Assembly: GCA_963675295.2 (NCBI GenBank)
Contig: CAXXKJ010000002.1
Span: forward strand, 448,001-512,000
Length of the DNA stretch: 64,000 nt
Direction of reading: 5' to 3'
Source: a bacterium
GTDB lineage: Bacteria; Electryoneota; Electryoneia; Electryoneales; Electryoneaceae
A model generated the notes under the pieces. It saw only the letters and a list, made by a program, of their open reading frames with translations, was not told the DNA's origin and did no database searches. Position numbers and translations under genes: made by a program. Positions 8,731-18,956 of this stretch are shown here, piece after piece. Position 1 is the stretch's first letter. Each line of letters opens with the position of its first letter.

Positions 8731-10383
8731 ATGAAGAACATGAAACGATCCAGCGTTCTCGCGACCGTCACCGGGATTGAAGTTGTTACCGAAACGGTCA
8801 CGTGTGAACATGCTAACGCACACAGTGAAAAGGGGACACTTTGTCCCCAAAGTGTCCCCCGCAGGTACGGTGAGACGGGGACACGTAACGGAGTAGGTGT
8901 CCCCCGCGGGTACGGTAAGGCGGGGACACTTAACGGAGTAAGTGTCCCCGGTGCAAGGGTTGCGGGTCCGCGTCCGCAAGCGGACACGGGCACAGTAGGC
9001 GTCACGCTGATGGTTGTGGTGCTGCTGGTGCTGCTGTCGGCGACGCAGGCGAGGGCGCAGGAGGGCTACGCCGGTCAGGCGGGCGCGTTCCTGCGGATGG
9101 GTTCCGGCGCGGCGGCGGTGGCGATGGGTGATGCCGGTGTCGGACGGGCGATGGGTGCGGAACAGTCGCATTACAACGCGGCGGGGTTGCCGTACGCGCC
9201 CGCGAACGATGTGTATGTCGGCTATCATGTGCTCAGTCTTGACCGGTCGCTGGCGCATGTCGGCGTGTTGCTGCAGGTGCCGGAGATTTCGTTCTGGAAG
9301 GACCCGATCCGTCCGGTGGCGTTGTTCGAGGAAGACGGCAAGGCGCCGCGATTGATCGACGAATCCGACCTGCCGCCGACACGGAAGCGTGAAATCATCG
9401 ATGTGGACGAGTATCTCGAACCGTTGGCGGATGCGATCTTGACGCTGGCGCATTCGGAGCTGGACGAGATTCCGTCGCTGGAAGTCAACGGGCGGATGGT
9501 GCAGCCGGGTGTGCTTGAACGGGTGGTGACGCAGATGGCGGCGGTTGCGCGTCAGGAGAACCTGACCACGACGGGCCAGGTGATCGCGCGGATGGAATCC
9601 AGCTACAAGCGGGTGCAGACGAAACCGGCGGCGGTGTCGTTGAACTGGACGCACGCCGGGACGAAGGACATTGAAGGCCGGAACCTGAACGGGCAACTCT
9701 ACGACACGTTCGGCTTCTACGAGAACCGGTTCTCATTCTCCTTCGGGTTGCGCCTGCATCGCATGGTCAGCGCCGGGGTTACGGTCGGTGTGTTGTACGC
9801 GACGGTGCCGGAATTGCTGGATGATGGCAGCGCGTTGACCTCGACAACGTTCGGCGCGGATGCGGGTGTGCAACTGCGGCCGTTCGCCGAGCGTGAACTG
9901 CCGTACGGACTGGAAACGTTCACCGTCGGGCTCGCCGGGTATGACATCGGCGGGAAAAATTCGTGGAACACAACCGGCTACTGGGAACAGGGCACGACGA
10001 AGACCGACGAGTTCCCGAACCGGTACCGCGCGGGGTTTGCGTACGCGCCGGTGAACGGGGTGACGGTTGCGGCGGATCTGGAGACGGATCTCGATGCGGT
10101 CTCACGTGTCAAGGCCGGCGCGGAAGTGTATGTGATCGGCGCGGAACGGTTTGATGCGCCAGACGGCGGCCCGTTTGATGGCGAGTCGACACGGAATCTG
10201 CCGACGCAGCCGGCGTTGATCCTGCGTGCCGGGATGGATGATGACAGCCCGACGTTCGGGCTCGGCCTGGTGCTGCATGTGATGGGACTCGGATTGACGC
10301 GGTTGGATTACGCGTATGTGGTGGAAGAGGTGAGCCCGGAGCCGACGCAGGTATTGACGTGGCGGTTCCGTTTCGCGATCTGA
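8731..10383 (+). CDS. PorV/PorQ (UPF0164)-like outer-membrane beta-barrel with an extended N-terminus and a large internal insertion
   Basis: GAFLRMGSGAAAVAMGDA...HYNAAGL, LDYAY, terminal aromatic strand; SD GAGGGG 7 nt before the ATG at 8731 (alternative start 9010). Confidence 0.75.
   Translation: MKNMKRSSVLATVTGIEVVTETVTCEHANAHSEKGTLCPQSVPRRYGETGTRNGVGVPRGYGKAGTLNGVSVPGARVAGPRPQADTGTVGVTLMVVVLLVLLSATQARAQEGYAGQAGAFLRMGSGAAAVAMGDAGVGRAMGAEQSHYNAAGLPYAPANDVYVGYHVLSLDRSLAHVGVLLQVPEISFWKDPIRPVALFEEDGKAPRLIDESDLPPTRKREIIDVDEYLEPLADAILTLAHSELDEIPSLEVNGRMVQPGVLERVVTQMAAVARQENLTTTGQVIARMESSYKRVQTKPAAVSLNWTHAGTKDIEGRNLNGQLYDTFGFYENRFSFSFGLRLHRMVSAGVTVGVLYATVPELLDDGSALTSTTFGADAGVQLRPFAERELPYGLETFTVGLAGYDIGGKNSWNTTGYWEQGTTKTDEFPNRYRAGFAYAPVNGVTVAADLETDLDAVSRVKAGAEVYVIGAERFDAPDGGPFDGESTRNLPTQPALILRAGMDDDSPTFGLGLVLHVMGLGLTRLDYAYVVEEVSPEPTQVLTWRFRFAI
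8832..8992. repeat. Cluster of four REP-like palindromes inside the 5' part of the PorV-like ORF
   Basis: Three GGGGACAC...GTGTCCCC hairpins (8832-8859, 8877-8904, 8922-8949) and GCGGGTCCGCGTCCGCAAGCGGACACGGGCAC, identical to the copy near 60910. Confidence 0.85.
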
Positions 10384-10439
10384 AGCATCGTACATTCATC
10401 GGGTGACAACACCCGATTGGTTGGTTATCGAGAGAAACG

Positions 10440-11330
10440 ATGAAGAACATCTTCGCAGCAGCAGCACTGGTTCTGATCGCATCGGCGGCGTTCGCGACGC
10501 CGGGGTCGACGTGGCTCGAACTCGGTCCGGGCGCGCGGTCGTCCGCATTGGCCGAAACCATGACCGCTTCCGCGACAGGCGCGACGGCGAACTACTGGAA
10601 TCCGGCCGGGGTCGGGATGTACGGCAATTCGATCGAGGCGATGTACGCCGATTCGTGGGTCGAAGGCGCGTCGATTCAGTACGCGGCGGGCGCGTTCGAG
10701 ATCGGACGGGTTGGTTTCGGTGTCAGCGCGCACTATGTCGGAGTCGGTGATCTGGAGCTGCGGGATCGGCCGTCCGCAAGCCCGATTGGCACTTATGACG
10801 CTCGCAATACGGCGCTGGGCCTGAGCCTGGCATACGAAGTGGCGTGGGGCGTGCGGGTTGGCGCGGGCGTGCGTTACCTGAACGAACAGATCTATGTGTA
10901 CGATGCCAACGGCTGGGCGGCAGATTTCGGGCTGCTGCGGCATGATTTGTTCGACCATAAGCTGGATGTCGGCGCGGCGGTACGTCATATCGGGGATATG
11001 GGCGCGTTGCGGCGGGAGAGCGAAGAACTGCCGACGACGGTCGCCGCAGGACTGCGCTACAAGCCGGGGATCTTCGGTGAGTTCAAGCCGGCGCTACTGG
11101 CGGATGTCAGCAAGGTCAGCGGGTATGATGTGAATGTGCATGTCGCGGCGGAAGTGAACGTGATGGGCTACATCGACCTGCGCGCGGGGTATGTCAGCGG
11201 GTATGAAGGCCGTGGGCTGAGCGCCGGGTTTGGCGTGATGTACAAGGGCATCCGTTTCGACTTCGCGTATGTGCCGTACCAGAACGATCTCGGCACCGAG
11301 ACGCGGTACAGTGTCGGGGGGGAGTGGTAA
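10440..11330 (+). CDS. PorV/PorQ (UPF0164)-family outer-membrane protein
   Basis: WLELGPGARSSAL...YWNPAG, LRAGY, FDFAY motifs; signal peptide. Confidence 0.85.
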   Translation: MKNIFAAAALVLIASAAFATPGSTWLELGPGARSSALAETMTASATGATANYWNPAGVGMYGNSIEAMYADSWVEGASIQYAAGAFEIGRVGFGVSAHYVGVGDLELRDRPSASPIGTYDARNTALGLSLAYEVAWGVRVGAGVRYLNEQIYVYDANGWAADFGLLRHDLFDHKLDVGAAVRHIGDMGALRRESEELPTTVAAGLRYKPGIFGEFKPALLADVSKVSGYDVNVHVAAEVNVMGYIDLRAGYVSGYEGRGLSAGFGVMYKGIRFDFAYVPYQNDLGTETRYSVGGEW

Positions 11331-11395
11331 GACCAGTACGTCGTGTGCCCCGACGGCAGAAGAGCTCGTCGGGTTTGACGAAGCTTAATTGAACC

Positions 11396-11568
11396 GGGGA
11401 CATCTCGCTGAGGTGTCCCTGGTTTTTGTTACCACGGACTGAAGTCCGTGGTAACAGATCTGGACGGATGATCCGCGGTAGCACAGCTCCCGCGGGCATC
11501 GTTTGATGATCCCAGACATGAATGTCTGGGGCACGAAAAAGGGGACACTTATCGGAGTAAGTGTCCCC
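11396..11568. repeat. BIME-like cluster of five REP-like palindromes between convergent genes
   Basis: GGGACA..TGTCCC, GTTACCACGGACTGAAGTCCGTGGTAAC, GGATGATCCGCGG..CCGCGGGCATC, CCCAGACATGAATGTCTGGG, GGGGACACTT..AAGTGTCCCC. Confidence 0.85.
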
Positions 11569-11589
11569 TTCATAGGTGACATCCGCAGG

Positions 11590-12621
11590 TTATTTCAGCA
11601 CGGTGATGCGTTGCGTGGCGACGTGGCCCGGCGTGGTTGCGCGGACGAGATAGATGCCGCTGGCCAGGTTGTTCGCGTCAAGGGCAAGGCGGTGCAGTCC
11701 GGGCGCGTAAACGCCGTCCGTGACGGTCGCGACCTGCCGGCCGAGTGTGTTGTAGACGGCGACATGAACCATTCCCGGTGTGGGCAGGGAGAGGTTCAAC
11801 GTGGTGGACGCGTTGAACGGGTTCGGGTACGCCGGCAGCAGTTCGAAGCTGCGCGCCAGTTGTGGAGTTTGTTCGTGAACGCTGGTGGTGACGCTGGTGA
11901 TGCGTTCGAAGGTGCCGTTGTTGAACAGCGGGTCGGGATCGTCGTCTGAACCCGATGTGATAGTGACAATCTCGCCCCAGTCCGGTGTGAACCAGGTGTA
12001 CGACACTCTGATTTCGACTTCGCCGGAGGGATAGGTTGTGGTGGTGTTGTTGCGGCGCATGCGGAGCACGTCGTAGGTGCCGTTCACGTCGGTCAATGTT
12101 CCCCAGGCATCAATGGAATAGCGGGTCGAGTCAATGGTGGTTTCGTCGCCGTAGGTCGAGGTGATGACATTTTCCCACTCGTCGAGGTAGTTCAGCGGGC
12201 AGGAAACGAGCAGGCCGTCCGATTCGGTGGCGACGGCGATAATGTTGCCTCCGCCGAGGTCATACGCTACGCCGACGATGATGTTGGTCGTCGCGGTAGT
12301 GTGGAAGTACCTCAGTTGTTGCTGGTCCTGTACCATTGGGCCGAGCCAGACATTGTTTGCGGTCGGGAATTGACCGGCACCGGCGTGACCGGCGGGATCA
12401 TCCCAGGCTTCGGTCCAGGCAACAGGAGTCGGTGAGGCGGAAAAGTCCCAGGTCTGGTCGGGTCCACCGGCTGTCATCTGGTTATCATTCGGTCCCATCT
12501 CACGGGTCAGTTCGGTGTACGGATGGATCGCGAAATCATCCATGTGCAGCGTGATCTGCGCTACTCCAGCGGTGGTCAGCAGCAGCACGGAAAACAGCAC
12601 TCCCCAGGCACGAACGGTCAT
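11590..12621 (-). CDS. Secreted protein with T9SS type A CTD
   Basis: SD GGAGGG, signal peptide, GGPDQTWDFS motif, AYPNPFN...ASGIYLV...RITVLK. Confidence 0.85.
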   Translation of the reverse strand: MTVRAWGVLFSVLLLTTAGVAQITLHMDDFAIHPYTELTREMGPNDNQMTAGGPDQTWDFSASPTPVAWTEAWDDPAGHAGAGQFPTANNVWLGPMVQDQQQLRYFHTTATTNIIVGVAYDLGGGNIIAVATESDGLLVSCPLNYLDEWENVITSTYGDETTIDSTRYSIDAWGTLTDVNGTYDVLRMRRNNTTTTYPSGEVEIRVSYTWFTPDWGEIVTITSGSDDDPDPLFNNGTFERITSVTTSVHEQTPQLARSFELLPAYPNPFNASTTLNLSLPTPGMVHVAVYNTLGRQVATVTDGVYAPGLHRLALDANNLASGIYLVRATTPGHVATQRITVLK

Positions 12622-12875
12622 CGTACAATCCCCTCCAAAGGTGGTTGCGGCACGTCCCCACTGCCGTCTTTTCGTATGTTCGTATGTTTGTTGAAACGCC
12701 TCCGGCACGAATACTGGAATCTGGCCACGGCGAGCGATAGCCGCAAGATTGTGAAACGATTTTTTGTGTTTGTCGGGATGTTGTGACTCTCTGCACGAAG
12801 AGCAACCAAACGCGGTCAGGATCATCGAACATGCAGAGCTGATTACGGTGCAGTTCCAATCAACGTGGACGCAGG

Positions 12876-13217
12876 ATGGGCCGGATTTACTTGTTGTGGT
12901 GGGCGTTGCTGATCGGGTCGGGGTTGACCGGCTTGCTGCTGGCGGTGTTCGACCTCAAGGGCAACGGCAGGTTGACGCAGAAGGGTCTCGCTTCGCTAAC
13001 GAGTGTGCTGCTTGCGGCTGCGGCATTGTGGGCGTGCCCGGCGATGGCGCTGTTCGAATACGACGGGATGAGTTGCAGCGAATCGCGCTACGGGCTGTCA
13101 TGGATGCTGCTTGCGGCGGCGGCGAGTACGTTGGTGCTGGCGTTCCGTGCGAAACGTGCCAAGCGTGCACAGGAGTACTTGAAACATAAGAGCGGTCCGG
13201 AATCGCACACTCCGTAA
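12876..13217 (+). CDS. Small membrane protein, unknown function
   Basis: Three hydrophobic segments; fills the intergenic gap. Confidence 0.45.
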   Translation: MGRIYLLWWALLIGSGLTGLLLAVFDLKGNGRLTQKGLASLTSVLLAAAALWACPAMALFEYDGMSCSESRYGLSWMLLAAAASTLVLAFRAKRAKRAQEYLKHKSGPESHTP

Positions 13218-13296
13218 CACCGGTCTCTCGGGGCTGGATCTGTAAACTGACAGCCGTTTTTCCTACCTTGACTCCTCACAAGATTACTGAATCAGC

Positions 13297-13324
13297 GGGG
13301 ACACTTTGGGGACAAAGTGTCCCC
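13297..13324. repeat. REP-like palindrome GGGGACACTTTGGGGACAAAGTGTCCCC
   Basis: Identical to 21155-21182 and the reverse complement of 8832-8859. Confidence 0.85.
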
Positions 13325-13408
13325 GTTGCTACATGCCGTGATCGCTGCAGTGAATTCAGACGTTAAAACGATTCAGATAGAGTTGACTTCAGGGGAGTGA
13401 ACGAAACG

Positions 13409-14533
13409 ATGGCCAAGTACAAGATCGCCTGGTTGCCGGGTGACGGCGTAGGCAACGACGTGATGGAATGTGCGCGGAAGGCGTTGGACGCGCTTCAGTT
13501 TGATGCGGAATACCTGCACGGTGACATCGGCTGGGAATTCTGGAAGCATGAAGGCGAAGCGTTGCCGCAGCGCACGCTGGACCTGTTGCCGCAGACCGAC
13601 TGCGCGTTGTTCGGCGCGATCACCAGCAAGCCGCGTGACGAAGCGGCTGAAGAGCTCGATCCGGAGCTGCAGGGCAAGGGCCTGGTCTACACCAGCCCGA
13701 TCGTGCGGCTGCGCCAGACGTTGAACCTGCACACCAACCTGCGTCCGTGCAAGGCGTACGAAAACAATCCGTTGAACTACAAGGAAGGCATCGACCTGGC
13801 GATCTTCCGTGAGAACACGGAAGGATTGTACGTCGGCGTCGAATTCCACCCGGTGCCGCATTCGTTGTGGGATGAGATGGCGAAGCATCAGCCCAAGGCG
13901 AAGCGTTTCCAGGGCTACGAAGAGAACGACATCGCGATGAGCTGCCGTGTGATGACGCGCGCCGGCTGCAAGAACATTGTGACGCAGGCGTTCGAGTACG
14001 CGAAGAAGTTCGGCTACAAGACGGTGACGGTTGTTGACAAGCCGAATGTGCTGCGCGAGACCGGCGGCCTGATGATCCGTACGGCGCGTGAGGTGGCGAA
14101 GAACTACCCGGGCATCGAGCTGTGGGAGACGAACATCGACGCGCAGTGCATGTGGCTGCTGAAGAATCCGATGGATTATGGCGTGATGGTTGCGGAGAAC
14201 ATGTTCGGCGACATCATCAGCGACCTCGCGGCGCAGTTGGTCGGTGGGCTCGGGTTCGCGGCGAGCGGCAACATCGGCGACAACTACGCGGTGTTTGAGC
14301 CGACGCACGGATCCGCGCCGAAGTACGAAGGCCAGTACAAGGTCAACCCGATGGCGATGCTGCTGACGACGAAGATGATGCTCGATTGGCTCGGTGAAGT
14401 GGACCTCGCGAACAAGCTGGAGAAGGGCATCGCGAAGACGATCGCCGACGCGAAGGTGCGCACCTATGACATGGGTGGCAGCGCCACGTCGCTGGAAGTA
14501 ACCGACGAAGTGATTCGGAACTTCGCTTCCTAA
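13409..14533 (+). CDS. Isocitrate/isopropylmalate dehydrogenase family protein
   Basis: [44 protein letters not shown]; substrate not assignable by eye. Confidence 0.92.
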   Translation: MAKYKIAWLPGDGVGNDVMECARKALDALQFDAEYLHGDIGWEFWKHEGEALPQRTLDLLPQTDCALFGAITSKPRDEAAEELDPELQGKGLVYTSPIVRLRQTLNLHTNLRPCKAYENNPLNYKEGIDLAIFRENTEGLYVGVEFHPVPHSLWDEMAKHQPKAKRFQGYEENDIAMSCRVMTRAGCKNIVTQAFEYAKKFGYKTVTVVDKPNVLRETGGLMIRTAREVAKNYPGIELWETNIDAQCMWLLKNPMDYGVMVAENMFGDIISDLAAQLVGGLGFAASGNIGDNYAVFEPTHGSAPKYEGQYKVNPMAMLLTTKMMLDWLGEVDLANKLEKGIAKTIADAKVRTYDMGGSATSLEVTDEVIRNFAS

Positions 14534-14607
14534 GTCTTGGGTCTTGAGTCCTGAGTCTTGAGACAAAGACAACAGCCCATGGACCATGAACCATAGACCA
14601 TAGACCA
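14532..14607 (+). repeat. Bipartite heptamer tandem array (GAGTCYT)n-(AGACCAT)n
   Basis: About 11 degenerate 7-mers directly after the stop codon; same architecture as 47292-47366. Confidence 0.8.
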
Positions 14608-14617
14608 GAAAACATCA

Positions 14618-14649
14618 AAGCCGCGCTGGAGATGAATCCGGCGCGGCTT
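14618..14649. terminator. Hairpin between convergent genes, likely bidirectional terminator
   Basis: AAGCCGCGCTGGA...TCCGGCGCGGCTT. Confidence 0.65.
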
Positions 14650-14759
14650 ATTGTTGTTGTGCTTGGCGGCGGCACGGTGACCAGCTGATCTGAACGGCGC
14701 CACGATGCCAGGCTTTGGTCATCGTTGATAGGGTCAAGGCGCCGCCAACCTGTGTTCCT

Positions 14760-16619
14760 TTACCTCGTGCTGGTGGCGTCCGAGCAGTCGTATATGTGCA
14801 GGTAGGGACCGTCCGCGACGAACGCGTACTGGCCCTGTACCGTAACCGCCCAGCCGTAGCTTTCTGTGTCATAGAACCCGGAAGCGCTGATCTGGCCGGG
14901 GTTGGTGATATCCAGGACGTACAGCCCGTAGCGGTCGTCAAGGGCGTAGGCGAAGTCGCCGGCGACGTCCACGTCAGTCGCGTAGCGTGGAGAGTCGTAG
15001 AACCCGACCTCCACCGGGCTGGCCGGATTGCTGACGTCAATGATGTGCATTCCGCCCCAGCCAGCATCGTCGGTCACATACACCAGATTTCCCTGCACCT
15101 TGACATCCGTCGCGTCGCCGTCAAACTCCAGTGCGGTGACAAAATGGGGAGCGTTCGGATTGCTGATGTTGACGATGGCGAGGCCGTCGTTGTCCGCTGC
15201 CAGAAAGGCGAAATCACCGGCCACCTCCACGTCGTGAACCCGGGAAAGGTACTCGTCCAATTCACCGAGCAGGACGGGAGATGCCGGGTTGGAGATGTCC
15301 AGAACACTGAGTCCGGGTGACTGGTTGCCGAGGTACGCGAGGTTGCCGGCAACGTCGATGCTGTATTCGCGGTTACTCTGAACGTCGTAGTTGTGGACGA
15401 GGTTGGGGTTGGCCGGGTCAGACACGTCGTAGATGTAGAGCCCGGTATCGTAGTCGATGAGGTACGCATAGTCGTCGATCGCCCGAACCAGGATGGCGTT
15501 CTCCGGGATCGTACTTGTCGCGACCTCGACGGGTGACGCAGGGTCGGAGATGTCGACGACGGCCAGTCCGGCTTCTTCGCAGGCGAGGTAGGCATAGTCG
15601 CCGGATACCGAAATGTCCTGCAACCGTCCCCGGGTGTCATAGCCGCCGAGCACGTTCATCGCGGCCGGGTCCACCTTGTCTACGATGTACACGCCTTCCT
15701 CCAGGGAGGCAACGTAGACCTTGTCGTTATCCGGGTAAAGGGAATACGCGCCCTCGTCGAACGCCAGCGTGTCCAGTTCAACCGGGTTGGTCGGGTCGGA
15801 GACGTCAACGCTGCTCAGGCTGACATTGTGTCCGCCGACATACGCGTAGTCTCCATCCAGCCTCACTTCTCGAGTATACGGAAGGTCCAGCGTTCCCAGC
15901 ATGAATGGATTGACCGGATCATTCAGATCGTAGATCTGCAAGCCTGTGTAGCGGCCGACAATGTAGACCGTACGGCCGACTGCGGTGACGCCGTCCATAT
16001 AGCCTGCGGTTGGGAAATAGCGGAAGGGAATTGGGTTTGCCGGATCGGAAACATTGAGCAACCGGACGCCGTGATTTTCCAGCAGGTAGGCGATGCCGGC
16101 ATCGGCTGCGATGGTGTAGGCTGAGTTAGGATCTGGCACATCATAGGAACCAATCTCGACGAGTTGAGTCGGGTCGCTGATGTCGAGAATCTTGATTCCA
16201 GCCGTTCCATAGGCGAGGCCGGCGTACGGATAGGCGATGGTGATGTCAAAGCACGTCGTTCCGCCGTCATAGAGTTCCACCTCGACCGGATTCGTTGGGT
16301 CGGACACGTCAAGAACGTGGATGGCTTCATGTCGTGCCACGGCGATCAGGTACTGATCCTGCAGGACGACATCGTAGGTGACATCCGGCAGATCGTAGTA
16401 GCCGACTTCAACGGGTGCGGCAGGGTCGGAGATATCCAGGATGCCGATGCCTGTGCCGCCGGTGGCGACATAGGCATAATCCCCGGAAGCGATAATGTCT
16501 CTCGCGCTGTCCCACTTGTGATACAGCGAGCCAGCGAGGCTGACATTCAAGCTGTCGTTGGCGATGGCCGGGCTATCCAGAAGTACGGCGGCGAGTACAA
16601 ACAGCAAGAAGCTACGCAT
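14760..16619 (-). CDS. Secreted LVIVD-repeat beta-propeller protein without T9SS CTD
   Basis: SD AGGAGG, signal peptide, about 14 YAYVA...GL.I.D.S.P..P repeats. Confidence 0.88.
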   Translation of the reverse strand: MRSFLLFVLAAVLLDSPAIANDSLNVSLAGSLYHKWDSARDIIASGDYAYVATGGTGIGILDISDPAAPVEVGYYDLPDVTYDVVLQDQYLIAVARHEAIHVLDVSDPTNPVEVELYDGGTTCFDITIAYPYAGLAYGTAGIKILDISDPTQLVEIGSYDVPDPNSAYTIAADAGIAYLLENHGVRLLNVSDPANPIPFRYFPTAGYMDGVTAVGRTVYIVGRYTGLQIYDLNDPVNPFMLGTLDLPYTREVRLDGDYAYVGGHNVSLSSVDVSDPTNPVELDTLAFDEGAYSLYPDNDKVYVASLEEGVYIVDKVDPAAMNVLGGYDTRGRLQDISVSGDYAYLACEEAGLAVVDISDPASPVEVATSTIPENAILVRAIDDYAYLIDYDTGLYIYDVSDPANPNLVHNYDVQSNREYSIDVAGNLAYLGNQSPGLSVLDISNPASPVLLGELDEYLSRVHDVEVAGDFAFLAADNDGLAIVNISNPNAPHFVTALEFDGDATDVKVQGNLVYVTDDAGWGGMHIIDVSNPASPVEVGFYDSPRYATDVDVAGDFAYALDDRYGLYVLDITNPGQISASGFYDTESYGWAVTVQGQYAFVADGPYLHIYDCSDATSTR

Positions 16620-17186
16620 GATTCCTCCTGGTTGTATATCAGCGTGTTGACATAGGTTGTGCAGCTGTCGTGATAACATATGCATGAACAATGTGAACAG
16701 GATAAGGATTGAATTGTGTTCGAGTCACGGTCGAATCGGGTAAAATTGCAGCCAAGTGAAGTTGTGAGAGACTAACAATAGCTGAAGTTCTCGATACATT
16801 TTTCGGCGTCCCGTCTTTGAGCCGGTCTACCCGGACCCTTAAAGGGCTATTTGTGCAAAAAAGGTTGTAGGCTCTCGGTGTTTACTAAACGGGTAGCCCC
16901 CCTCAGCGTGTCGTGGCAGCGTCTCTCCAATTGCCGGGAATCCAACCAACTACCAGTTCGGAACGAATCGGATCCAGCTTAGAAACAGTGAGTTGGAAGT
17001 TAGGGGTGATCGCGAGAAAGCTTCAAGTTAGAGGCTCCAAAATTTTAGCTGGATTGACAGGCAAGACGTGCATTAGGCTCTCCTAATTTGCATGTTTTCG
17101 TTGCACTGCGCAGCCGTGCCCATGGGAAGTGGGAATCTGTCGGTTGTGCGAAACCCCCCGGTAGTATTGGACGAAAGGGATTTGTG

Positions 17187-18755
17187 ATGAAGAGACGATT
17201 TGCTGCTGTATCCCTGCTGACACTCGCACTGGCCGCATCCTCGTTTGCGATGGACCGGATGGAGAAGGACGCGATCCGTCAGCGCGCAATGGACGAAGCT
17301 CGACTCAGTACTCAGGCTCAGCAGGAGGGAAGCCGGACGATTAACACGATTGTCCCAATGAACGAAGCGTCAATTCTGGTGGTGATCAATACGCCATTGA
17401 ACTCGTGGCAACTGAGCGATCAGATCAACGCTGTGTTTGCATCGTTGTACATGGACGTGGCTTACTGGGATGTGTTCGTGGATGGTCCGTTCGACACGGA
17501 CTATCTGACGATGTATGAGTGGGACGCGGTGATGTTGTTCGCGGACGACACGGGTGAATTTCCGACGCGTGATTATGATGGCGGCGCGTGGAGCCAGTAT
17601 GTGATCGATGGCGGTAACCTGTTCTATTCGGACCAGGACTATTTCTGGGCGAACAATGAGGTTACGGAGCCGGAATTCATGGAAGGTGACTTTGCGTACG
17701 ATGCATTCGGAATTGAGTCCGGCGTGAACGATGCAAATTTCACCAGTGACAATTATTTCGGTCAGTACCTGGATCCGATGTCCGGCGAGTTTTTTACGGA
17801 GCCGTTCAACGTGAACGAGCAGCAGGCGTTCAATTGGGAAGATGCCGCGTATCCTGTCACGGACGCGACGCAGCTTTTCTTCAACGGCGACAATTATGAC
17901 ACGGCTGGTCACATGTACCCCAACCAGTTTGGCGGCAAGATTGTGTACACGGCGTTCAACACGGCGGCCTCGGCGGAGTTAATCGACAACCAGTGGGAAA
18001 TGACGCATGACTTCGTGATGTTGGTCGAAAATGCGGTGAACTATTTCATGCAGCCGGACGAAGCGACGTTGGCCCTGATGCCGGAAGATCCGTTCCTGCC
18101 GGCGGAAGGCGGAGACCTGACCTACGACATCCGTTTCATCAACAACACGTCGAACAACTACCCGGCAGTCCGTTTCTGGACCGAGGTGACGCTGCCGAAC
18201 GGCAACATGACGGGCACGTTGAGCCAGTTCTACTTCAACGTTACGCCGAACATGAACACCGGCCTCGCAATGCAGCAGCAGATGGTTCCGCCGATGGCGC
18301 CGGAAGGGCAGTACACCTTCCACGCGCACATTGGCATGTTCCAGACGCCGTTTGTCAGTGACTCGTTCCAGTTCTTCAAGGATGCGCCGTTGGCCGGAGC
18401 TGGTAGCGGAGAATACAACGAAACCGACTGGATGATGGACAACGACGTCGAAATCGCCGCGGATGCGCTGGTGGCCGGTACGGTGCCGGACGCGTACGCG
18501 CTGAACGCATCGTATCCGAACCCGTTCAACCCGACGACCACGGTGAGTGTGTCGTTGCCGGACGCTTCCGATCTGACGGTCGCGGTGTACAACACGGTCG
18601 GACAGCAGGTGGCGGAGCTGGCGCAGGGTCGTGTCGCGGCGGGAACGCACGCGTACACGTTTGATGCGTCCGCGTTGAGCAGCGGCGTGTATTTTGTCCA
18701 CGCGTCGGTGCCGGGCCAGTTGAACGCGATGCAGAAGGTCGTGTTGATGAAGTAA
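17187..18755 (+). CDS. Secreted protein: alpha/beta-like domain + Ig-like module + T9SS CTD
   Basis: Signal peptide MKRRFAAV; YPNPFNP...SSGVYFV...KVVLMK. Confidence 0.85.
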   Translation: MKRRFAAVSLLTLALAASSFAMDRMEKDAIRQRAMDEARLSTQAQQEGSRTINTIVPMNEASILVVINTPLNSWQLSDQINAVFASLYMDVAYWDVFVDGPFDTDYLTMYEWDAVMLFADDTGEFPTRDYDGGAWSQYVIDGGNLFYSDQDYFWANNEVTEPEFMEGDFAYDAFGIESGVNDANFTSDNYFGQYLDPMSGEFFTEPFNVNEQQAFNWEDAAYPVTDATQLFFNGDNYDTAGHMYPNQFGGKIVYTAFNTAASAELIDNQWEMTHDFVMLVENAVNYFMQPDEATLALMPEDPFLPAEGGDLTYDIRFINNTSNNYPAVRFWTEVTLPNGNMTGTLSQFYFNVTPNMNTGLAMQQQMVPPMAPEGQYTFHAHIGMFQTPFVSDSFQFFKDAPLAGAGSGEYNETDWMMDNDVEIAADALVAGTVPDAYALNASYPNPFNPTTTVSVSLPDASDLTVAVYNTVGQQVAELAQGRVAAGTHAYTFDASALSSGVYFVHASVPGQLNAMQKVVLMK

Positions 18756-18883
18756 ACGATGACAGCCGTCCCGCCGCTTTCCGGGGGGAAGCGTGGGTCA
18801 CGGCTGAGTTGAACGGTCTGCCGGACGGTGTGTCCGGAGGGGGATACCCGGCGAACGGACGGTGGATTGGTAACGGTTGTGAA

Positions 18884-18956
18884 GGGACACGTGGCGGAGC
18901 ACGTGTCCCTTTGTGTTTGTAGTGACGGATGAGCCCAGACATGAATGTCTGGGGCA
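18884..18956. repeat. Two REP-like palindromes
   Basis: GGGACACGTG..CACGTGTCCC and GGATGAGCCCAGACATGAATGTCTGGGGCA. Confidence 0.8.

Noticed and set aside
8832-8992. CRISPR array
   Set aside because: The palindromes differ in their loops, the spacers are short (17 bp) and similar to each other, copies are dispersed across the window, and there are no cas genes
16700-17090. tRNA or other ncRNA in the long divergent intergenic region
   Set aside because: A GTTCGAGTC is present but without a cloverleaf or acceptor stem; most simply a divergent promoter region
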